Origin: Octopus vulgaris
Taxonomy: Eukaryota
DNA length: 64,000 nucleotides
Direction of reading: 5' to 3'
Assembly (NCBI GenBank): GCA_951406725.2
Contig: OX597830.1
Coordinates: 27,156,001 to 27,220,000, forward strand
The position numbers were made by a program, and so were the translations under genes. Below, piece by piece: positions 58,346 to 64,000 of the stretch. The notes under the pieces are model-generated. The model was not told where the DNA came from. It worked only from the letters and a program-made list of their open reading frames with translations, and searched no databases. Position 1 is the first letter of the stretch; each line of letters opens with the position of its first letter.

Positions 58346-58665
58346 CATCATCGTCATCATCATCATCATTTAGCGTCCGCTTTCCATGCTAGCATGGGTT
58401 GGACGGTTCAACTGGGGTCTGGGAAGCCAGAAGGCTGCACCAGGCCCAGTCTGATCTGGCAATATTTCTACGGCTGGATGCCCTTCCTAACGCCAACCAC
58501 TCCGTGAGTGTAGTGGGTGCTTTTTACGTGCCACCGGCACAGGTGCCAGACGGGGCTGGCAAACGGCCACGGTCGGTTGGTGCTTTTTATGTGCCACCGG
58601 CACGGGGGCCAGGCGAGGCTGGCAACGGCCACGATCGGATGGTGCTTTTTACGTGCCACCGGCAC
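58346..58665 (-). mobile_element. RTE 3'-UTR-only copy
   Basis: Matches 39590-39900. Similar tails at about 29595-29775, 31440-31860, 34500-34758, 40295-40585, 42330-42525, 59917-60115, 61860-62155. Confidence 0.85.
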
Positions 58666-61496
58666 ATGTGTGTAATTAGTGCAAACAGCTAATTAAGATA
58701 ACCAAAAATTACACACGGTGTTGTGATATTCAGTGTTTGGCCCCCAAATGTTTAAATATAACATATTTTTCTATTCTGGAGATTGTCAATTCAATAAAAT
58801 ATATACCAGTAATATACCAAGATGTTGGCTGGGAGGGGGGAAAAACTACTCTTGTCTGACACAGACCCATACATTCAGGAACAGTACATTTAGGGGACAT
58901 CTGTAGCATTTATCTAAATATATATTCTGTTTCTCATATAGGGTACGGACTGAAATTTGAGGGAAAGGGTCACTAGATTACCTTGATGCCAGCATTTCAC
59001 GAATACTTTATTTTATGAACTCCGAAAAAAAAAAAAAAAGAAAATAAAGTCGACTTTGGCAGGATTTGAAATTAGCACGTACCCATTTGTATACATATTT
59101 CACAACATAGGAGTGGCTGTGTGGTAAGTAGCTTCCTTACCAACCACATGGTTCCGGGTTCAGTCCCACTGCGTGGCACCTTGTGCAAGTATCTTCTACT
59201 ATAGCCTCGGACCAACCAAAGCCTTGTGAGTGGATTTGATAGACGGAAACTGAAAGAAGCCCGTTGTATATATGTATATGAATATATATGTTTGTGTGTC
59301 TGTGTTTGTCCCCCCCCCCCCCAACATCGCTTGACAACCGACGCTGGTGTGTTTGCGTTTCCGTAATATAGCAGTTCGACAAAAAGAGACCGATAGAATA
59401 AGTACTAGGCATACAAAGAATAAGTCCTGGGGTCGAATTGCTCGTCTAAAGGCGGTGCTCCAGCATAGCCACAGTCAAATGACTGAAATAAGCAAAAGGG
59501 TAAAAGAGTAAACAGAACATAACAGTCTTAGCAGTTACGTCACCTTTAGATACAGCCTAGGTTATCTCCCTTTCACCCTCGTTATTGTGTAACTTTTGGA
59601 TCTTTCATGGAGTTCGTTTATAAAACTCGGACATCATCATCCCAAATCGATTTCACTTGGTCTGTGATACAAACGACTGACACAGTGCTATAAAATTATT
59701 CCTTCTGTGCTATGACATTCTCTTCAGATATAGACATTTTCTTATTTTAAGGCGGTAGACTAGCAGAGTCGTTAGCGCGTCGGACAAATTGCATAGAGGC
59801 AGAACTAAGTTTCTTGAATGTTCCGTGTTCAAATTCCGCCTTTCGTTCTTTCGAGGTCGATAAACTGAAACTGCTCTTCAATCGATGTGTCCCCATGGAT
59901 CCTTTATTGATATTAGTCATCATCATCATCATCATTTAACGTCCGTTTTCTATGCTGGCATGGGTTTGACGGTTTAACTGGAAACTGATTAGCCAAGGAG
60001 CTGTACCAGGTTCTGATCTGATATGACAGGGTTTATACAGCTGGATGCCCTTCCTAATGCGAACCACTCCGTGAGTGTAGTGGGTGTTTTTTATGTGCTA
60101 CCGGCACAGGTGCCATCAACACGACACCACCATTGGCCACGACTACGGTCTCACTTGGTTTGACAGGTGTCTACATAAGCAAGTCAAGTGAGACCGTAGT
60201 TGTGGTCGATGTCGGTATCAGGTCAATGGTACCTGTGCTGGTGGTATGTTAAAAAAACACCCACTACACTCCCGAAGGCGGCGAGCTGACAGAACCATTA
60301 GCATGCAGGGCGAAATGCTTAGTGGTCTGCTGCTATGTTCTGAGTTCAAATTTCGCAGAGGTCAACTTTGCCTTTCATCCTTTTGGGGTTGATTAAATAA
60401 GTACCAGTCACACACTGGGGTCGATATAATCGACTTAATCCGTTTGTCTGTCCTTGTTTGTCCCCTCTGTGTGTAGCCCCTTGTGGGCAGTAAAGAAATG
60501 AGAAACATTAGCATGCCGGGCGAAATGCACTACCCTTGTAGGTAGTAAAGAAATAGGTATTTCGCCTGTCTTTACGTTCAGAGTTCAAATTCATGTTGCT
60601 CCACTTCACTCGGCCATAGAAATGAGTTGCAACATCACTGGTGCCAAGCTGTGTCAGCCTTTGCTTTTCTCTTGGATAACATCCATGGTGTTGTGAAGGG
60701 AGGCTGGTATGCATGGATGACTGCTGGTCTTCCATAAACAACCTTGCCTGGACTAGTGCCTCGCAGGATAACTTTCTAGGCGCAATGCCATAGTCATTCA
60801 TGACTGAAGGGGATCTTTACCCTTTAAACCTGGAATTAATCATCTGCTGCAGTGGTTCTCAAGCAGGGTATATATAAGATTGGTGGGGTCCATGTAACAA
60901 AATAATAAATTGGGGACCCACAACAGTATATTAAGGGCCCCTGAAAAAATTTTGATTTAGATGTATACATTGGTATGTATTGCAAGAAAGGGCTAGGTTT
61001 CTTTCTCTGACACTTTACATAGATCAACCTATGCTAGTTAATGTGTGGAAAACAAAATAGGAATTTTGAAAGAAGCTTCTAGTTTTTAACCCTTTCGTTA
61101 CCAACCTGGCTGAATCCAGCTCTGGCTCTGTAGTACAAATGTCTCGTTTTCATAAGTTTTGAATTAAAATCTTTCACCAAAGCTTAGTCTCAATTTATGT
61201 TCCTAACACTAGCTTATTGATAACTAAGTTATTTTACTAAACTCTTTGTTATATTTAAAATAATTGAAAGAAACAAAGAGCATCTCAAAATAAATACAGT
61301 AACGAAAGGGTTAAACATCGAATGACTGTGGGGGTCCACAAGAATAAAATAGTAATCAAGGGGGTCCATAGATAAATAAAAAAATTGGTTGAGAACCCCT
61401 GATCTAGTGAATAAAAAATTAACCCCTTCTCCACAATATCTGCTCTTATGCCTATGTTTGGAGCAATTATTATTGTTTTTGTTTCTTGTTTTCCAG

Positions 61497-61612
61497 TCCA
61501 TTTACTTCAAAATTCGTCCAAGACCGGTTAGCACATGTTGAAAAAAATTTTGGAGACCTCTGTGTGTCTTTTAATTCTTATACTAGAAAAACTGCAAGAA
61601 TCCGGGACAAAG
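61497..61612 (+). CDS. CIBAR1: CIBAR1/FAM92 plus-strand copy, exon 2
   Basis: Same peptide and splice sites as 40832-40947; one synonymous difference seen (GGA vs GGT). Confidence 0.93.
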
Positions 61613-62156
61613 GTAAGTTGCCCAGTCATACTTGCTTACAAGTGAAGGATATGCTTTGTATCTTTGGGTGATTTCATGATGTTCACCCATTATATAATAT
61701 TCTTCTGGAATTATTTTGGCATCTTCTTGTTTTTTTTTTTCTGTTACATTTACTTAATGCTTCTGCATTGAATGTCACAATGAGAATTCTTTTTAAAATT
61801 ACACTTACACTCATATAATACTTTCCACATTGAAACAATTGTTTAGTTTGTATTATATCATCATCATCATTATCATCATTGTTTAACATCCGTTTTCCAT
61901 GCCAGCATGGGTTGGATGATGTAACTGAGGTCTGCCGCACCAGATGGCTGCACCTGACTCCAATTTGATCTGGCAGAGTTTCTACAGCTGAATGCCCTTC
62001 ATGACGCCAACCACTCTGAGTGTGTAGTGGGTGCTTTTACGTGCCACCGGCATGCGGGCCAGTCAGGCGGTACTGGCAATGGCCATGCTCAAATGGTGCT
62101 TTTTATATGCCACCTGCACAGGAGCCAGTCCAGCGGCACTGGCAACGGCCTCGCTC

Positions 62157-62189
<33 letters not shown>

Positions 62190-63168
62190 TATTATATGCG
62201 TATATATATGTGTATATATATGCGTGTATATATATATATATAATTAAAATCACAATAAGGGTGAAAAAAATTGAATATTAATTAATAACATCAATTTAAA
62301 ACACCAAGTGGCCTAGCGTAAAAAAACTGGGATACAGTAAAAATTATTAATACAAGTAATAAGAGAGAGACACATGTGGTCACTCTAACGCTAGAAATAG
62401 ATCCGCAAAGGGAATCCACCACTAAAGAATTGTTCTCAAGCATTAATTCTATTTTTTCGTTATTTTTCATTTGTCCTGCCCGCTTACATTCTTGGCGTGT
62501 TGAATTAATGCTTGAGAACAATTCTTTAGTGGTGGATTCCCTTTGCGGATCTATTTCTAGCGTTAGAGTGACCACATGTGGTCTCTCTCTTATTACTTGT
62601 ATATATATATATATGTATGTATGTGTGTATATCTACGTGTGTGTGTGTATTTGTACAGAGTTGGTCAAAAGTCACCTGACAGTAAATCAAAACCATTTAA
62701 TTCCAAGATTTATTTATGTTTAACAACTGAATGAATTTAATAAAAGCATCTAAATGTGAAACATCATGAATATTGTCCAAACTGAAGTCCTTCCTGAGCG
62801 ACTCATTTTCCCATTCGAGTCAATACAGAATTCCAGAGAGTATTTATGGACTTTTGATTTACTGTCGGGTGACTTTTGGCCAACCCTGTATATGTGATTA
62901 TGAACATGATTCGTGACAGGCATATGCATTTGTGAATGTTTATTCCTACATGTCTTCACACTGGCATTTTTTGGATGAGATGATGATGATGATGATGACA
63001 TATATATAGGTGCAGACGTGATTGTGTGGCAAGTAGCTTACTTACCAGCCACATGGTTCCGGATTCAGTCCCTCTGCGTGACACCTTGGGCAAGTGTCTT
63101 CTAACATAGCTTCGGGCAGACCAAATCCTTGTGAGTGGATTTGGTAGATGGAAACTGAAAGAAGCCCG

Positions 63169-63233
<65 letters not shown>

Positions 63234-63234
<1 letters not shown>

Positions 63235-64000
63235 ATTGGGTCATCCCATAAATGATGCAGTTTTTTCAATTGTATGAACTTAAAGTCAGAGGGGGATGGG
63301 ATAAACTACTTGATCATCTTGCTATAAAAGCAGGTAGTAATTTTACCTTGTCCTTATTCTCAGTGCAAGTTTTGAAGAGTACAGTTTGATTTTAATAGTT
63401 ATTTTTTCAAAGCTATAATGGAATTGACAAAATAGCATATTCGGCATATTTTACTTTATGAGTTCAATTAAGGCAACAAGGCAACGGAATGTGCAAGGAA
63501 TATTAATGCAGTATTTGGGGATTGGACAATAAGCGTAAGCAAGTGTCAACAGTGGTTCCAGAAATTCTGAGCTGGAACTACGGCCTAGAAGACGAGCCTC
63601 GTCCTGGAAGATCTGTATAGCTTGACGAGGACATCCTGCAAAACCTGGTGGAACACAATCCCATCGTAACTGTTGAGGAACTAGGAGAGACGCTTGGATT
63701 TGATCATTCGACCGTTCATCGACACCTGCGTGCTATCGGAAAAGTCAGCAAATTGGGTCAATGTGTTCCTCACAAACATGTCCAGTCTAATCGCACGTAG
63801 TGATTGAATGTGTGTTCTTCTTTGCTCTCACGTCTCACGAATGAACCTCTTCTGGGCCGAATAGTGATTGTTTATGAGAAATGGGTTCTCTATAAAAATG
63901 TCAAGTGCCGAAGATAGTAGGTAGGGAAAGGAGAAACACTGGTACCTCAGGCTAAAGAAGGTCTTCACCCACGTAAGGTGTTGTTATCTGTTTGGTAGGA
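63234..64000 (+). mobile_element. Degenerate mariner, paralog of 35892-37293
   Basis: TIR tattgggtcatcccataaat; decayed KLGQCVPH and YEKWVLY motifs. Confidence 0.9.

Larger units (their letters stand above)
59330..64000. repeat. Right arm of large inverted segmental duplication (left arm at least 36520-43130)
   Basis: Colinear reverse-complement match through unique intron sequence, exon 2, MITEs, SINEs and mariner; continues off the window. Confidence 0.95.

Noticed and set aside
62291-62723. Two ORFs with identical N-termini on opposite strands
   Set aside because: Consequence of the palindrome, not genes.

Overview
AT-rich, microsatellite- and retroposon-dense animal genomic DNA. The SINE/LINE repertoire looks coleoid cephalopod, probably Octopus (recognised from memory, not by database search). 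Almost all ORFs in the supplied track are microsatellite or transposon artefacts. Two real host genes are visible after manual splicing. (1) The first coding exon of a secreted multicopper oxidase (laccase-like) lies at the left edge on the minus strand; the ORF track missed it. (2) CIBAR1/FAM92, a ciliary BAR-domain gene, is present twice. The plus-strand copy has a likely exon 1 at 56701 and exon 2 at 61497, and runs off the right edge. The inverted copy on the minus strand (about 27-43 kb) carries exons 2-5 but appears to lack the native first exon and the downstream exons. This partial copy points into the laccase, and its last exon is splice-phase compatible with the laccase acceptor. Mobile content: several R4/Dong-type RLE retrotransposons in (TAA)n fields, a near full-length Tx1/L1 element, an RTE with a PHD-like finger, CR1 ends, mariner, Tc1/piggyBac/hAT MITEs, a Helitron-like element and many tRNA-SINEs. 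Several fold-back inserts sit in (TA)n, and some carry hammerhead-ribozyme motifs typical of Penelope-like elements.
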